In this document: positions 8,920-19,149 of the stretch, piece after piece | Layout of the letters: each line of letters starts with the position of its first letter | Numbering within the stretch: position 1 is the stretch's first letter | From: Alphaproteobacteria bacterium | Lineage (GTDB): Bacteria; Pseudomonadota; Alphaproteobacteria; Sphingomonadales; Sphingomonadaceae | Direction: 5' to 3' | DNA: 64,000 bases | Assembly (NCBI GenBank): GCA_964202995.1 | Contig: CAXNKR010000001.1 | Coordinates: forward strand, 794,829 to 858,828 | Made by a program: the position numbers and the translations under genes | The notes under the pieces: generated by a model | The model's input: the letters and a program-made list of their open reading frames with translations, nothing else | Told to the model about the DNA's origin: nothing | Database searches by the model: none

Positions 8920-9006
8920 GTTGAACGCCCGTTCCACCGTGCTTCATGACATAAGCATAAGCGCTTCGGACAGGTTCCGGAACGCGACCGCCCGCTTGGC
9001 AAGGGT

Positions 9007-10173
9007 TTAACGCGCGGCTGCCGCACGCGCAGCACGTTGGCGGATGAGGCGGATATAGGTGTCGGCAACCGTCTGGTTAATCGCATCCCAACTGAAATCG
9101 AGCGATCGTTGCTCGCCAGCATTGCCATGCCGCACGCGCAAATCGGCGTCGGTGCAATAGAGTTGCAAACTGTCGGCAAACTTCTGAATTGCGCCCGGCG
9201 TGATCAGGCGGCCAGACACATTATCCTGCACCAGGCTTTGGCTGCCAGTGGCCTCGGCCGCAACAACTGGCATGCAGCAGGCCATGGCCTCCAACGTGAC
9301 ATTGCCAAAGGTTTCGGTGACGCTTGGGTTGAACAACAGGTCCATACATGCAACCGCTCGGCCCAGATCCGTCCCCCCTTGGAAACCCACAAAGCGGGCG
9401 TGGGGCAGGCGGCTTTCAAACCAACCGCGTGCCGGGCCTTCGCCAATCACCATGACCTGATGTGGGACATTGTGACGGCGAAGCTGTTCAATCGCATCGG
9501 AAAAGACGTCAAGGCCCTTTTCCATGACCAAGCGGCCCAGAAAGCCGATAACAACGGGTTCGTCGGTTATGCCTTGTGCGCGCCGCCAAGCAAGGTCCCG
9601 GCGGCCAGAGTTGAAAATGTCCCGGTCAACGCCGCGTGACCAGATGTCGATGTCGTAATTCATCCGTTGCTCGCGCAAAACCTGCGCAAAGCTCTCGGAT
9701 GGCGCGAGCAGCGCGTCGCATTTGCGGTACAATCGGCGGAGCCAAGCCTCCACCAATGGTTCGGCGAAGGACATGTTGTAATAGCGGAAATAGGTTTCGA
9801 AGCGGGTGTGCACCGAAGACAGCACCGGCAGGTTGCGACGGCGCGCCCATTTAACCGCCTGACGCGCGACGCGGTCCGGGCTTGAGATATGGACGACATT
9901 GGGGGCAAAGGCATCCAGATCGCGCTTTACTTTTGCTGACAGCGATAGCGGAAGGCGATATTCCGGACGAAAGGGTATGGCGAATGATGGGACGCTGACA
10001 ACGTCGCCCGTCGCTACAAAAGCAGGTTCGGCAACTGTCGGGGAATAAACCCGCACCGATGCGCCTTGGCTCAAAAGATAGCCGACAAGCCGATTTAAAG
10101 CCTGATTTGCGCCATCACGGACATAATTATAATTGCCGCTGAATAGCGCAATGCGAAGGTCACTGGTCTGCAT
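9007..10173 (-). CDS. Glycosyltransferase family 4 (GT-B; mannosyltransferase-like)
   Basis: FLGRLVMEKG, PSVTETFGNVTLEAMA; start trimmed to MQTSDLRIALF. Confidence 0.9.
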   Translation of the reverse strand: MQTSDLRIALFSGNYNYVRDGANQALNRLVGYLLSQGASVRVYSPTVAEPAFVATGDVVSVPSFAIPFRPEYRLPLSLSAKVKRDLDAFAPNVVHISSPDRVARQAVKWARRRNLPVLSSVHTRFETYFRYYNMSFAEPLVEAWLRRLYRKCDALLAPSESFAQVLREQRMNYDIDIWSRGVDRDIFNSGRRDLAWRRAQGITDEPVVIGFLGRLVMEKGLDVFSDAIEQLRRHNVPHQVMVIGEGPARGWFESRLPHARFVGFQGGTDLGRAVACMDLLFNPSVTETFGNVTLEAMACCMPVVAAEATGSQSLVQDNVSGRLITPGAIQKFADSLQLYCTDADLRVRHGNAGEQRSLDFSWDAINQTVADTYIRLIRQRAARAAAAR

Positions 10174-10244
10174 CGGTCGGCTTTTATCGGCGGCAGCGCA
10201 AAATGCCAATGGGAATGGTACATTTGGTGCGTTACATATCCAAT

Positions 10245-10913
10245 ATGATACTAAGTCAGATCGATGTTTTGCTGATAGGGCAACCCAAACCGTTTCACGC
10301 CGATGGCACGATGAGCGCGATGGCACGCCTACCGGTTGACCGACCCGTCTTCTTGGGCAAGCATGGCTTTGAGGGGGACCGCGTGGCTGACCCGACTGTG
10401 CACGGCGGCGCGGACAAGGCGGTGCATTTTTATCCCGCGGAACATTATCCCAAATGGATTGCCCATTTTGCAGCGGAGAATTTTGTCCACCCTCTGCTCG
10501 ACCAAGCGGGCGCATTTGGCGAAAATATCAGTGCATCGGGCCTGACCGAGGACAAAGTGCGGATCGGGGACCGCTTCCGTATCGGCAAGGCATTGGTGGA
10601 AGTCGCGCAAGGCCGACAACCCTGCTGGAAGCTCGACCATCATTTTGGTGTGCATGGCCTGTCAGGGGCAATCATCAATGGTGGCCATTGCGGAGGCTAT
10701 TTCCGCGTGATTGAAGAAGGCGAAGTGGCGCCCGGCGACAGCATAGAACAAGTGCATGCAGCAGAGCATGATTGGACCGTTGCCCGAACCTTCAATCTTT
10801 TGATTGGGGGCGGGCATCGCGCGATAGGGGCCAAATCACATTTGCGGGCGCTTGCGGCGCTGGAGACAATGGCGGAAAGCTGGCGGACGAGGGCGGCGAA
10901 ATTGGCGGGGTAA
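10245..10913 (+). CDS. MOSC-domain protein (YiiM-like)
   Basis: GDRVAD..VHGGADKAV, GAFGENIS, IGDRFRIG, QGRQPCWKL. Confidence 0.9.
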   Translation: MILSQIDVLLIGQPKPFHADGTMSAMARLPVDRPVFLGKHGFEGDRVADPTVHGGADKAVHFYPAEHYPKWIAHFAAENFVHPLLDQAGAFGENISASGLTEDKVRIGDRFRIGKALVEVAQGRQPCWKLDHHFGVHGLSGAIINGGHCGGYFRVIEEGEVAPGDSIEQVHAAEHDWTVARTFNLLIGGGHRAIGAKSHLRALAALETMAESWRTRAAKLAG

Positions 10914-11020
10914 TTGTTCGTTGACCAGTGGTGCCCATTTGGCGGGATGTACCGACGGGAGTTTTGCCTACGCTCGACCCGAATGGTCTGGGAGGCTGTG
11001 ACTTTGAAAAATCACACCCC

Positions 11021-11107
11021 GTCACCCTGAACTTGGTTCAGGGTCCATTTATCTATTCTTGCTCTGGATTTGCTGCACGATAGACCCTGAAACAAGTTCA
11101 GGGTGAC
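11021..11107. repeat. REP-like palindromic element with 25-bp inverted arms
   Basis: GTCACCCTGAACTTGGTTCAGGGTC (11021-11045) and GACCCTGAAACAAGTTCAGGGTGAC (11083-11107), 1 mismatch; each arm is itself a hairpin. Confidence 0.85.
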
Positions 11108-11145
11108 AATTAAAAGGGGATTTGGCTGATCTCCCCCCCCGGCGC

Positions 11146-12084
11146 TTATGCGCTGATATCGTTTCTATTGGACGCAGGGGCGTAGAGGCGGATTCGGGTA
11201 ACGCGTTTTTCGTCGGCTTCCAATATTTCCAAATTCCAGCCGCTGGCCTCATGCATCAACATTTGGCCGATGTCGGGGACTTGGCCAGCGATGACGAAGG
11301 CGAGGCCGCCCAGCGTATCGACGTCTTCGTCGACTTCCGCCAGCTTTGGGTCAATGGCATCGGCCAGATCGTCTAGCTCAGCCCGGGCGTCAGCTTCCCA
11401 CATATCGGGGGTCATTTGCGTGAACAGCAATTCGGGTTCATCGTCATGTTCGTCTTCGATTTCGCCGACGATTTCTTCGACCAAATCCTCAATCGTTACC
11501 AAGCCCTCGGTTCCCGAATATTCATCCAGTACGATGGCCAAATGCGTTCGTGTACGACGCATTTCGTCGAGCAAGGCAAGCACGCTCATATTTTGCGGTA
11601 CGAACCGTGGTTGGCGAATGAAGGATTCAAGGCTGTCGGGAGGGTCCTGATCTGAGGCCAGAACAGCGAACACATCCTTGATATGGATCATGCCGATAAC
11701 GCTGTCCAACGTGTCGCGGTAAACGGGCAGGCGGCTGTGGCCATGCTCGGCGAACGCGGCGATACAATCGGCAAAGCCAGCGCTTTCTTCAATCGCGATA
11801 ATGTCGCTGCGCGGCACCATGACGTCGTCGACGCGGTGCTCGCTGAAATGGAGCAAATTGCGCAACATCGTGCGCTCGACGGCGGTCAAGTCGCCAGCCG
11901 CGTCCGATTTTCCGTTGTCGTCGCTATCTTCCTCATGCTCTGCAATCGCTTCTTCAAGCTGCTCGCGTAAGGTCGGTCCGTGGTCGCGGCCAAAGAACAT
12001 GCTCTTCAGCCGCTGCCATATTCGTCCGTCGTTATCGTCGTCGGTTGCGGTTTTCGAACCGCTAAAACTGTCACCCTCAGGCAT
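11146..12084 (-). CDS. corC: CBS-domain hemolysin family / CorC-type Mg-Co efflux-associated protein
   Basis: VDDVMVPRSDI, HGHSRLPVY, DEYSGTEGLVTIEDLVEEIVGEIEDEHD; position in the miaB-phoH-ybeY operon. Confidence 0.9.
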   Translation of the reverse strand: MPEGDSFSGSKTATDDDNDGRIWQRLKSMFFGRDHGPTLREQLEEAIAEHEEDSDDNGKSDAAGDLTAVERTMLRNLLHFSEHRVDDVMVPRSDIIAIEESAGFADCIAAFAEHGHSRLPVYRDTLDSVIGMIHIKDVFAVLASDQDPPDSLESFIRQPRFVPQNMSVLALLDEMRRTRTHLAIVLDEYSGTEGLVTIEDLVEEIVGEIEDEHDDEPELLFTQMTPDMWEADARAELDDLADAIDPKLAEVDEDVDTLGGLAFVIAGQVPDIGQMLMHEASGWNLEILEADEKRVTRIRLYAPASNRNDISA

Positions 12085-12104
12085 AATGGAAGCGTACTGG
12101 CCTC

Positions 12105-12623
12105 TTAATGGTCGATTTGGTTAGTATATGGATTGGGAAGGCCCATAGATGCAAGCGCTTTTACCTCAAGCGCCTCCATCAATTCGGCTTCGTCATCCTC
12201 GATATGGTCATGGCCAAACAAATGCAGCATGCCATGGATGACCAAATGGCTCGCGTGATGGGCGATAGGAATGTCTTTTTCTGTCGCCTCGGCAGCGCAG
12301 GTTTCATAAGCCAAAATTATGTCGCCGAGCATTATTTCGGGCGCACCATAGGTGCCGGCGAACAAGGCGTCCAATTCTGCGTCATCAAGCATAGGAAAGG
12401 ACAGCACGTTCGTTGGCTTGTCCTTGTCGCGCCATTCTTGGTTGAGCGCGTAGACCTCCGCATTATCGGAAAGCTTGATACTGACGCTGACGGGAACTAC
12501 CGTGTCAGCTATTTCAGCAATGGCTGCAAAGCGGACCGCTGCATCGACGGCCTTTTCGACTTCGCTCTGCCCGAAATTACTATTGCCCCAAACCACGCCC
12601 ATGTCGAGCTCGACATCAATCAT
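12105..12623 (-). CDS. ybeY: rRNA maturation endoribonuclease YbeY
   Basis: KDKPTNVLSFP, LGDIILA, HGMLHLFGHDH. Confidence 0.96.
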   Translation of the reverse strand: MIDVELDMGVVWGNSNFGQSEVEKAVDAAVRFAAIAEIADTVVPVSVSIKLSDNAEVYALNQEWRDKDKPTNVLSFPMLDDAELDALFAGTYGAPEIMLGDIILAYETCAAEATEKDIPIAHHASHLVIHGMLHLFGHDHIEDDEAELMEALEVKALASMGLPNPYTNQIDH

Positions 12624-13611
12624 GCCCACCCTCATAGGCGTCGACGATCTTACCGACGAGTGGGTGGCGCACAACATCGCTGCTGTTGAAACGGATGGTG
12701 CTTATGCCATCGACACCGTCAAGCCGTTGCACCGCGTCATTCAGGCCCGACATGCGTTCGCCGCCGAGAATATCGACCTGACGCGGATCTCCGCAAATAA
12801 CCATGCGGCTGTTCATGCCGAATCGGGTGAGGAACATCTTCATCTGTGCCGCTGTGGTATTCTGCGCCTCATCCAAAATGATGAAGGCATCGGCCAACGT
12901 CCGCCCGCGCATGAAGGCTATGGGCGCGATTTCAATTTCGCCAGAGGCAATCCGCCGCTCGACCTGTTCTGCGGGCAAGCAATCGTACAAGGCATCGTAA
13001 ATCGGCCGCAGATAGGGATCGACCTTTTCCTTCATATCGCCGGGCAGGAACCCCAGCCGCTCGCCAGCCTCGACCGCCGGGCGAGAGAGGATAAGCCGTT
13101 GCACTGCGCCGGTAATCAACATGGCCACAGCCTGCGCCACCGCCAAATAGGTTTTGCCGGTGCCTGCTGGCCCAAGTGCAAAGATAATCTCGTCGCGGGC
13201 CAATGCCTCCATATAGGGAATTTGTGTGGCTGAACGCGGTACGAGCGTTTTCTTGCGCGTGCGGATCATGATACCTGGCGCATCGGTCGCGTCCTTGCGG
13301 ACAATGCCTTCTAAAGTCGGTTCAGCGGTCATGGCGATAATGGATTGCACCGCTTCGGCATCCATTTCCTGTCCACGCGATAGACGGGAATAAATGTCGT
13401 TGAGAACGTCACGGGCGCGGCCAATGGCGCCAGCCTCACCTTCAATCTGCACGCGGCTTCCACGGGCGGAGATATAGACCCCAAGGCGGTTCTCAATCGT
13501 AACCAGATTGCGGTCAAATTCGCCAAAAACCGCGTTAATCAAATGCGGTTTGTCGAAGCTCATCTCCAGCCGGGACAAGTCACCGGCTTGCGCTTGGGCT
13601 TTTTTGGCCAT
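12616..13611 (-). CDS. phoH: PhoH-family ATPase (YbeZ)
   Basis: GPAGTGKTYLA, RPAVEAGERLGFLPGD, RGRTL, DEAQN. Confidence 0.95.
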   Translation of the reverse strand: MAKKAQAQAGDLSRLEMSFDKPHLINAVFGEFDRNLVTIENRLGVYISARGSRVQIEGEAGAIGRARDVLNDIYSRLSRGQEMDAEAVQSIIAMTAEPTLEGIVRKDATDAPGIMIRTRKKTLVPRSATQIPYMEALARDEIIFALGPAGTGKTYLAVAQAVAMLITGAVQRLILSRPAVEAGERLGFLPGDMKEKVDPYLRPIYDALYDCLPAEQVERRIASGEIEIAPIAFMRGRTLADAFIILDEAQNTTAAQMKMFLTRFGMNSRMVICGDPRQVDILGGERMSGLNDAVQRLDGVDGISTIRFNSSDVVRHPLVGKIVDAYEGGHD

Positions 13612-14946
13612 TCAGGCTGCTGCTCTCATTGTTGGTTCACCTTTCAAGCTAAGCGGTCCAGAATCGGTTATGTTCACAGTAACGATATCGCCGATTGAAA
13701 GGTCCGGCGCAAGCACATGAACGGACTGAAGCCATGGTGATTTACCAATTAATTGTCCGGCGAATTTTCCGGGCCGTTCCAAAAGGATATTGGTGGTGCG
13801 CCCAACGGTCCGATCATTAAACGCCGTCTGATCTGCAACGATCTGTGCCTGAAGCCGTTGCAGCCGTTCGTCCATGATTTCCATGGGTATTTGGTCGGAC
13901 ATGTCGGCAGCAGGTGTGCCGGGGCGTGGGCTATATTTGAAAGAATAGGCTTGCGCATGACCGACTTCGCGCACGAGGCGTAACGTGTCTTCGAAATCGG
14001 CATCGCTTTCACCGGGAAAGCCGACGATGAAGTCACCGGAAAAGGCGATATCGGGCCGCACAATACAAACACGGTCAAGGATACGCATATAGCTGTCGCG
14101 GCTGTGGCTGCGGTTCATGGCTTTTAAGATGCGGTCTGAGCCGGACTGAACGGGCAAGTGTAAGAATGGCATCAGCTTTTCAACATCACCATGCGCGGCA
14201 ATCAGCCCTTCGGTCATATCGTTTGGGTGGCTGGTCATGTAACGGATGCGGCGCAGGTCCGGTATCTTGTCGAGCGCGCGGATAAGGCCGTCTAGGCCCT
14301 GAAGCTTGCCCTTGTCATCTTCGCCATCCCATGCGTTGACATTCTGACCAAGCAACGTGATTTCGCGCGCGCCAGCATCGACTATCGCCTTTGCTTCATC
14401 GATCAACTCGGCCCAGCCGCGCGAAATTTCCGCGCCTCTGGTGTAGGGCACGACGCAATAGGTGCAGAATTTGTCGCAACCTTCCTGCACCGTTAAAAAC
14501 GCCGATGGCGGTTGTTTGCGGCGGGCCGGCAGCTTGCTAAATTTGTCGAGGCCGGGCAGGTCAAGGTCAACCACACGTTCGCCGCGTCCGACCGCTGCCA
14601 CCATGTCAGGCAGGTTGTGATAAGCTTGCGGACCAACAACGATGTCGACTTCGGGGGCCCGACGGCTGATCTCGCCGCCCTCGGCCTGTGCGACGCAGCC
14701 AGCGACGGCGATAACCGGGCTCGTTCCATCCTTGCGGCGCAGGCGGCCGATTTCCGAATAGACCTTTTCCGCTGCCTTTTCGCGGATGTGGCATGTGTTG
14801 AGGACGACGAGATCGGCACTCGCTTTGTCAACTGCAGGCGACATGCCCTGGCTTTCCAGCATCTCGGCCATGCGCTCGCCATCATAGACGTTCATCTGAC
14901 AGCCGTAATTTTTGATCGAATAGGTTTTTGGGGAATCTATGCTCAT
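13612..14946 (-). CDS. miaB: tRNA-2-methylthio-N6-dimethylallyladenosine synthase MiaB
   Basis: YGCQMNVYD, radical SAM CDKFCTYC, C-terminal TRAM domain. Confidence 0.97.
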   Translation of the reverse strand: MSIDSPKTYSIKNYGCQMNVYDGERMAEMLESQGMSPAVDKASADLVVLNTCHIREKAAEKVYSEIGRLRRKDGTSPVIAVAGCVAQAEGGEISRRAPEVDIVVGPQAYHNLPDMVAAVGRGERVVDLDLPGLDKFSKLPARRKQPPSAFLTVQEGCDKFCTYCVVPYTRGAEISRGWAELIDEAKAIVDAGAREITLLGQNVNAWDGEDDKGKLQGLDGLIRALDKIPDLRRIRYMTSHPNDMTEGLIAAHGDVEKLMPFLHLPVQSGSDRILKAMNRSHSRDSYMRILDRVCIVRPDIAFSGDFIVGFPGESDADFEDTLRLVREVGHAQAYSFKYSPRPGTPAADMSDQIPMEIMDERLQRLQAQIVADQTAFNDRTVGRTTNILLERPGKFAGQLIGKSPWLQSVHVLAPDLSIGDIVTVNITDSGPLSLKGEPTMRAAA

Positions 14947-14955
14947 AATGCGCGC

Positions 14956-15756
14956 CTATACTATGCGCGCCGGGTTGCCGCCACCCTCCATTGCAGCGCC
15001 AATACGCGCCCGCACTTCGGCAGAAATGGCCTTGCGGTCCGGATAATGGAGCGGATCAAATGGCTCCAGAAAATGCAAGGTGGCGGTTATCGGTTTGAGA
15101 TACGACAAAAGGCGCCAGAAATTCTCGGTCACTTTTTCGTCGCCAACCCAGGCCACGCGCGGCGTGTGATGGCCATAACTGAGATAGACAGGCTGAACGA
15201 GCATGCCAGCAGGCGGCGGGACTAAGGCGGCGAACAAAGACGGCTTGAATGGCAATAGCCCCGATCCATCATGCGTCGTGCCTTCGGGAAAGATGGTAAC
15301 GGGCTGGTCGCCCGTCATGGCCGCGCGCAAATCATCGATTTGATTGCTGACGCTGGCGCGGTTTTCGCGGTTGACGAAGATGGTGTTGTTGATCTTGCAC
15401 AACCAGCCAATTAGCGGCCAGCCCTCGATGCCGTCATTCGCCACAAAGGTGCAGCCCGTAACGCCAGACATTACGGGAATATCGATCCAGCTATGGTGGT
15501 TTGCCGCATAGAACACATTATTGCGTATGCGGGTACCAGTTGTGGCGGTCGCAATGCCGCTGGTCCAACTGATTGACAGTAAAAACAAGCGCGGCCAAGG
15601 CGACGGTTTGCGGATTACCCGCCAAACATTATGCAACAGCAAGCTTGCGGACAGGCTTGCGGCCATCAGCAGCAGCCGTGTCAAAAACAAGAACTGCCCC
15701 GTGACAAAAGCCCCCGAGTTGCGTCGTTCAATCCTTGCGGTCGATGGCGACGCCAT
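14956..15756 (-). CDS. Lysophospholipid acyltransferase (PlsC-like)
   Basis: NHHSWID and IFPEGTT motifs; start uncertain. Confidence 0.85.
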   Translation of the reverse strand: MASPSTARIERRNSGAFVTGQFLFLTRLLLMAASLSASLLLHNVWRVIRKPSPWPRLFLLSISWTSGIATATTGTRIRNNVFYAANHHSWIDIPVMSGVTGCTFVANDGIEGWPLIGWLCKINNTIFVNRENRASVSNQIDDLRAAMTGDQPVTIFPEGTTHDGSGLLPFKPSLFAALVPPPAGMLVQPVYLSYGHHTPRVAWVGDEKVTENFWRLLSYLKPITATLHFLEPFDPLHYPDRKAISAEVRARIGAAMEGGGNPARIV

Positions 15757-16150
15757 AAAGCTCCATACGATGGTCGACCAAACGATAGCCCAGCCGTTCC
15801 GCAATGATTTTTTGCAATGCCTCAAGCTCAGGGTCCACAAATTCTACGACCTTGCCGGTTTCTACATCAATCAAATGGTCGTGATGCGCCTCGGGCGATG
15901 CCTCATATCGTGCGCGGCCATCGCCGAAATCATGACGGTCCAATATGCCCGCCTCTTCAAACAAGCGGACAGTCCGATATACTGTGGCAATCGAGATTTT
16001 GGGATCAATGGCCGACGAACGGCGGTAAAGCTCCTCGACATCGGGGTGGTCGGTCGCATCGGAAATGACGCGCGCAATGACGCGCCGTTGATCGGTTATG
16101 CGCAGGCCACGTTCGTTACAGAGCGCCTCAATGTCAATTTTGCTGTCCAT
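15728..16150 (-). CDS. fur: Fur-family transcriptional regulator
   Basis: GLRITDQR, DHPDVEELY, SIATVYRT, HHDHLID. Confidence 0.93.
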   Translation of the reverse strand: MDSKIDIEALCNERGLRITDQRRVIARVISDATDHPDVEELYRRSSAIDPKISIATVYRTVRLFEEAGILDRHDFGDGRARYEASPEAHHDHLIDVETGKVVEFVDPELEALQKIIAERLGYRLVDHRMELYGVAIDRKD

Positions 16151-16189
16151 TGAACAAGACATTTAGTGCCGCCCCATGATTCGTCAAAG

Positions 16190-16215
16190 AAAAAGGCCGG
16201 GGGTGTCCCGGCCTT
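16190..16215 (-). terminator. Probable intrinsic terminator after mucR
   Basis: AAGGCCGGG-GGTGT-CCCGGCCTT stem with a T-tract on the minus strand. Confidence 0.65.
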
Positions 16216-16240
16216 ATGTTCTTGCGGATACGCTAAAAGC

Positions 16241-16675
16241 TTATCTCACTTTTTTCTTTCGGCCCGAACCCGGCGCGCGTCCAAGGCCAATGGCCTTAGC
16301 CAATTCGCGGCGCTGTTCCGCATAAGCCGGTGCAACCATTGGATAATCGGCGGGCAATCCCCACTTGGCGCGATAATCATCCGGCGTCATACCATAATGC
16401 GTCATAAGGTGACGCTTAAGCATTTTTAGCTTCTTACCATCGTCCAGACAGACGATGAAATCGCGTTTAATAGAGTTACGGATCGGAACGGCTGGTTCCA
16501 AGACTGCTTCTACCACAATAGCGGGTCCGGAAATTCCGGACAGAGCCGCGTGTACGTTAGAGATTAAAGTCGATACATCCGACACGGCAACGCTGTTGTT
16601 GCTGACATGTGCTGCGACAATATCCGCAGTTAACGTAATTAACAGTTCGGTGACATCGTTACTTTCTTGTGACAT
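16241..16675 (-). CDS. mucR: MucR/Ros transcriptional regulator
   Basis: [46 protein letters not shown]. Confidence 0.96.
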   Translation of the reverse strand: MSQESNDVTELLITLTADIVAAHVSNNSVAVSDVSTLISNVHAALSGISGPAIVVEAVLEPAVPIRNSIKRDFIVCLDDGKKLKMLKRHLMTHYGMTPDDYRAKWGLPADYPMVAPAYAEQRRELAKAIGLGRAPGSGRKKKVR

Positions 16676-16776
16676 TTTACAAAATCCAGACCCATTTATT
16701 TTAAATCTTATAGTGTAGAAGCGGTTACATGATTAGAGATAATTCGTCAACCAATAGACAAACATTAACGTTACGT

Positions 16777-17232
16777 TTATAGTTCCAATAGCATAGTAAT
16801 TGCATCGGGACTTATACCATCGGCATTTTTGTAATAATTTTTCCGACGCCCAATCGGAGTAAATCCAGATTTAAGATAAAAACTATGCGCATTGTTGCCA
16901 TCGCGAACTTCAAGGAAAATTTTCGTTCGCCCTCCTTCGCGTGCTCTGTGGATTGTTTCGAATAACAATAGTTTACCGATGTCTTGGCCCTGAAGTCTCT
17001 GGGCGACGCCAATCATCAACAATTCTTGATGATCAAGAACCCAACGGCTCATGGCAAAGCCGCAGACGTCATTATTGTCTTTCGCAAGCAATAACTGGCA
17101 ATCGGGGAGCACCAAAGTTGATAGACATTGTGCCGCCGTCCATGCTTCTCCAAATCTGGGGTCGAATGCGTCGTTCATGATTGTCATCATGGCCGAAATG
17201 TCTCCGGCATCGCCATCAATGACCCGAATCAT
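16777..17232 (-). CDS. rimI: RimI-like GNAT acetyltransferase
   Basis: FGEAWT, IFLEVRDGN, GRRKNYY; ATGA-coupled to tsaB. Confidence 0.85.
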   Translation of the reverse strand: MIRVIDGDAGDISAMMTIMNDAFDPRFGEAWTAAQCLSTLVLPDCQLLLAKDNNDVCGFAMSRWVLDHQELLMIGVAQRLQGQDIGKLLLFETIHRAREGGRTKIFLEVRDGNNAHSFYLKSGFTPIGRRKNYYKNADGISPDAITMLLEL

Positions 17233-17837
17233 TTTGGCAGGGTTGCGGGCTTTGCGTCTGGCGCTCTGCCGTAGATTGGCGTTGCCGCAAGCGGATGGTC
17301 GGCCCGCAAATGCGGCCAATGGCGCGCATTGGGTAGCAGCTCCAGCCACTGGCGGTCGGTACGTTGGGGATCAATGTCTCCTGCCACTAATGTGGCCGTG
17401 GCAAAGCTGGGCAGATCTGCCGGCAGGACGGAGCGCACCGGCGCAAGCGAATGCCCCTGCGCATCAAATGCTTCAAAGAAATACTCGCCATGCCCGCCAG
17501 TCATGACAACGTCTATGGCCTTGGCTTCGGGCAGCTTTGAACGCCCCATCGCCGCCACCAACGCGAGGCAACCATAGCCATGTACATCAATGTGCCATGC
17601 CAAGCCCAAAGCCTTTGCGGCGGCCACGCCGACACGAATACCTGTAAAACTGCCCGGTCCGACATTGACCATGACCTGGTCCGCTTTGCCGTTGTCGGGC
17701 AACGCGGCGATCAGGGGCAGCAAGCGTTCGGCATGGCCGCGGCCAATGACTTCATGCGCCGCTGCAATAACATGGTCTCCATCAAACAAAGCGACCGAGC
17801 ACGCCCGCGTCGCTGTATCGATGACCAATGTCCGCAT
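17229..17837 (-). CDS. tsaB: t6A biosynthesis protein TsaB
   Basis: LVIDTAT, GRGHAERLLP, VGPGSFTGIRVG. Confidence 0.95.
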   Translation of the reverse strand: MRTLVIDTATRACSVALFDGDHVIAAAHEVIGRGHAERLLPLIAALPDNGKADQVMVNVGPGSFTGIRVGVAAAKALGLAWHIDVHGYGCLALVAAMGRSKLPEAKAIDVVMTGGHGEYFFEAFDAQGHSLAPVRSVLPADLPSFATATLVAGDIDPQRTDRQWLELLPNARHWPHLRADHPLAATPIYGRAPDAKPATLPK

Positions 17838-17858
17838 GACCGTTCGTTGGCCGCTTGA

Positions 17859-18449
17859 TCAGAGGATGCTGTTAAAGCGGTCGAACGCTGGCCGTGGGCT
17901 GCGTTCGAAAATGCTCGCTTTGTCGCCATAGCCCAAGGTACAAATGAAGTTTGATTGCACTTTAGTGCCTGCAAAAAACGCCTTGTCCACCGCGGCATTG
18001 TTGAATCCTGACATCGCCCCAGTTTCCAATCCGAGTGCGCGGGCCGCGAGCATAAAATATGCCCCCTGCAAGCTGCTATTGCGGAAGGCGGTTTTTTCGA
18101 TCAGCGCATCATTGCCCACAAACCAGCTTCGTGCGTCAGTATGCGGGAATAGTTCAGGCAGATTTTCGTAGAATTCGAGGTCCATTCCGATAATCACGGT
18201 AACGGGCGCCTGAAGGATTTTTTCACCGTTGCTTGGCATGCAGCAATCCGCCAGCTTTTGCTTTGCATCTTCGCTGCTGCACCAAATGATCCGCGCGGGC
18301 AGGCAATTGGCCGATGTCGGACCAAATTTCATCAGGTCCCAAATCTGTTCCAACTGTGAGGGCGACACGGGCGTATCCAGATAGCCATTATAGCTGCGCG
18401 CTTCACGAAAAAGCTGATCAAGGGCAACGTCGTTCAAAGCTTTTGACAT
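17859..18449 (-). CDS. RutE/YcdI-like nitroreductase (malonic semialdehyde reductase family)
   Basis: LFREARSYN, GPTSANCLPAR, RNSSLQGAY, PRPAFD. Confidence 0.88.
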   Translation of the reverse strand: MSKALNDVALDQLFREARSYNGYLDTPVSPSQLEQIWDLMKFGPTSANCLPARIIWCSSEDAKQKLADCCMPSNGEKILQAPVTVIIGMDLEFYENLPELFPHTDARSWFVGNDALIEKTAFRNSSLQGAYFMLAARALGLETGAMSGFNNAAVDKAFFAGTKVQSNFICTLGYGDKASIFERSPRPAFDRFNSIL

Positions 18450-18476
18450 GAAATTTACTTTCGTAATATTTGATAT

Positions 18477-19052
18477 TTAAGCGGCGCGCACTTCAGTGAC
18501 TTCAGGCACATAATGCTTCAGCAATTGTTCTATCCCGTTTTTCAGCGTGGCAGACGAAGATGGGCACCCGGCACATGCGCCCTGCATTTGCAGGAACACG
18601 ATGCCTTTCTGGAAACCCCGATATATGATGTCGCCGCCATCATTGGCGACCGCAGGGCGAACGCGGGTTTCGATCAAATCCTTGATCTGGTCAACGATAT
18701 CGGCATCGGCAGGGTCATCCAACGGATAGTCTGCTTCACCTGACGGGACCGAGAAGCCAGCAGAAGCTGGGTTGAACAAAGGCATGTTTGCGCTGAAATG
18801 ATCCAACAATATGCCAAGCACATCGGGCTTTAGGTTTGCCCAATCAACGCCGGGCGCTGCTGTCACGGAAATAAATGAATGCCCAAAAAACACGCCAGTC
18901 ACATCGCCAAGCGCGAAGAGTGCTTCTGCCAAGGGAGAGGCCTCGGCCTCTTCGGGCGAAGCAAAGTCGCGTGTTCCTGTGTCCATGACCGCACGGCCGG
19001 GCAGGAATTTGATGGTGGACGGGTTGGGTGTCAGTTCGGTTTCTATCAGCAT
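18477..19052 (-). CDS. NifU/Nfu-family Fe-S carrier protein
   Basis: TPNPSTIKFLPG, VRPAVANDGGDI, GACAGCPSS. Confidence 0.93.
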   Translation of the reverse strand: MLIETELTPNPSTIKFLPGRAVMDTGTRDFASPEEAEASPLAEALFALGDVTGVFFGHSFISVTAAPGVDWANLKPDVLGILLDHFSANMPLFNPASAGFSVPSGEADYPLDDPADADIVDQIKDLIETRVRPAVANDGGDIIYRGFQKGIVFLQMQGACAGCPSSSATLKNGIEQLLKHYVPEVTEVRAA

Positions 19053-19149
19053 TCCTCACATGTGGTGCGGTCGCCGACAAAGTGCAAGCCAGAATGTCTT
19101 GACAGCAGCCAAGCCTGAGTTGACGTAATGGGTGATAAGGAGAGCAAAA

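Noticed and set aside
9007-10515. Long N-terminal extensions in the ORF track (GT4, rluD, rlmB, alkA, TonB receptor and others)
   Set aside because: They overlap neighbouring genes or promoters and lack family-like sequence; starts were trimmed to downstream codons.
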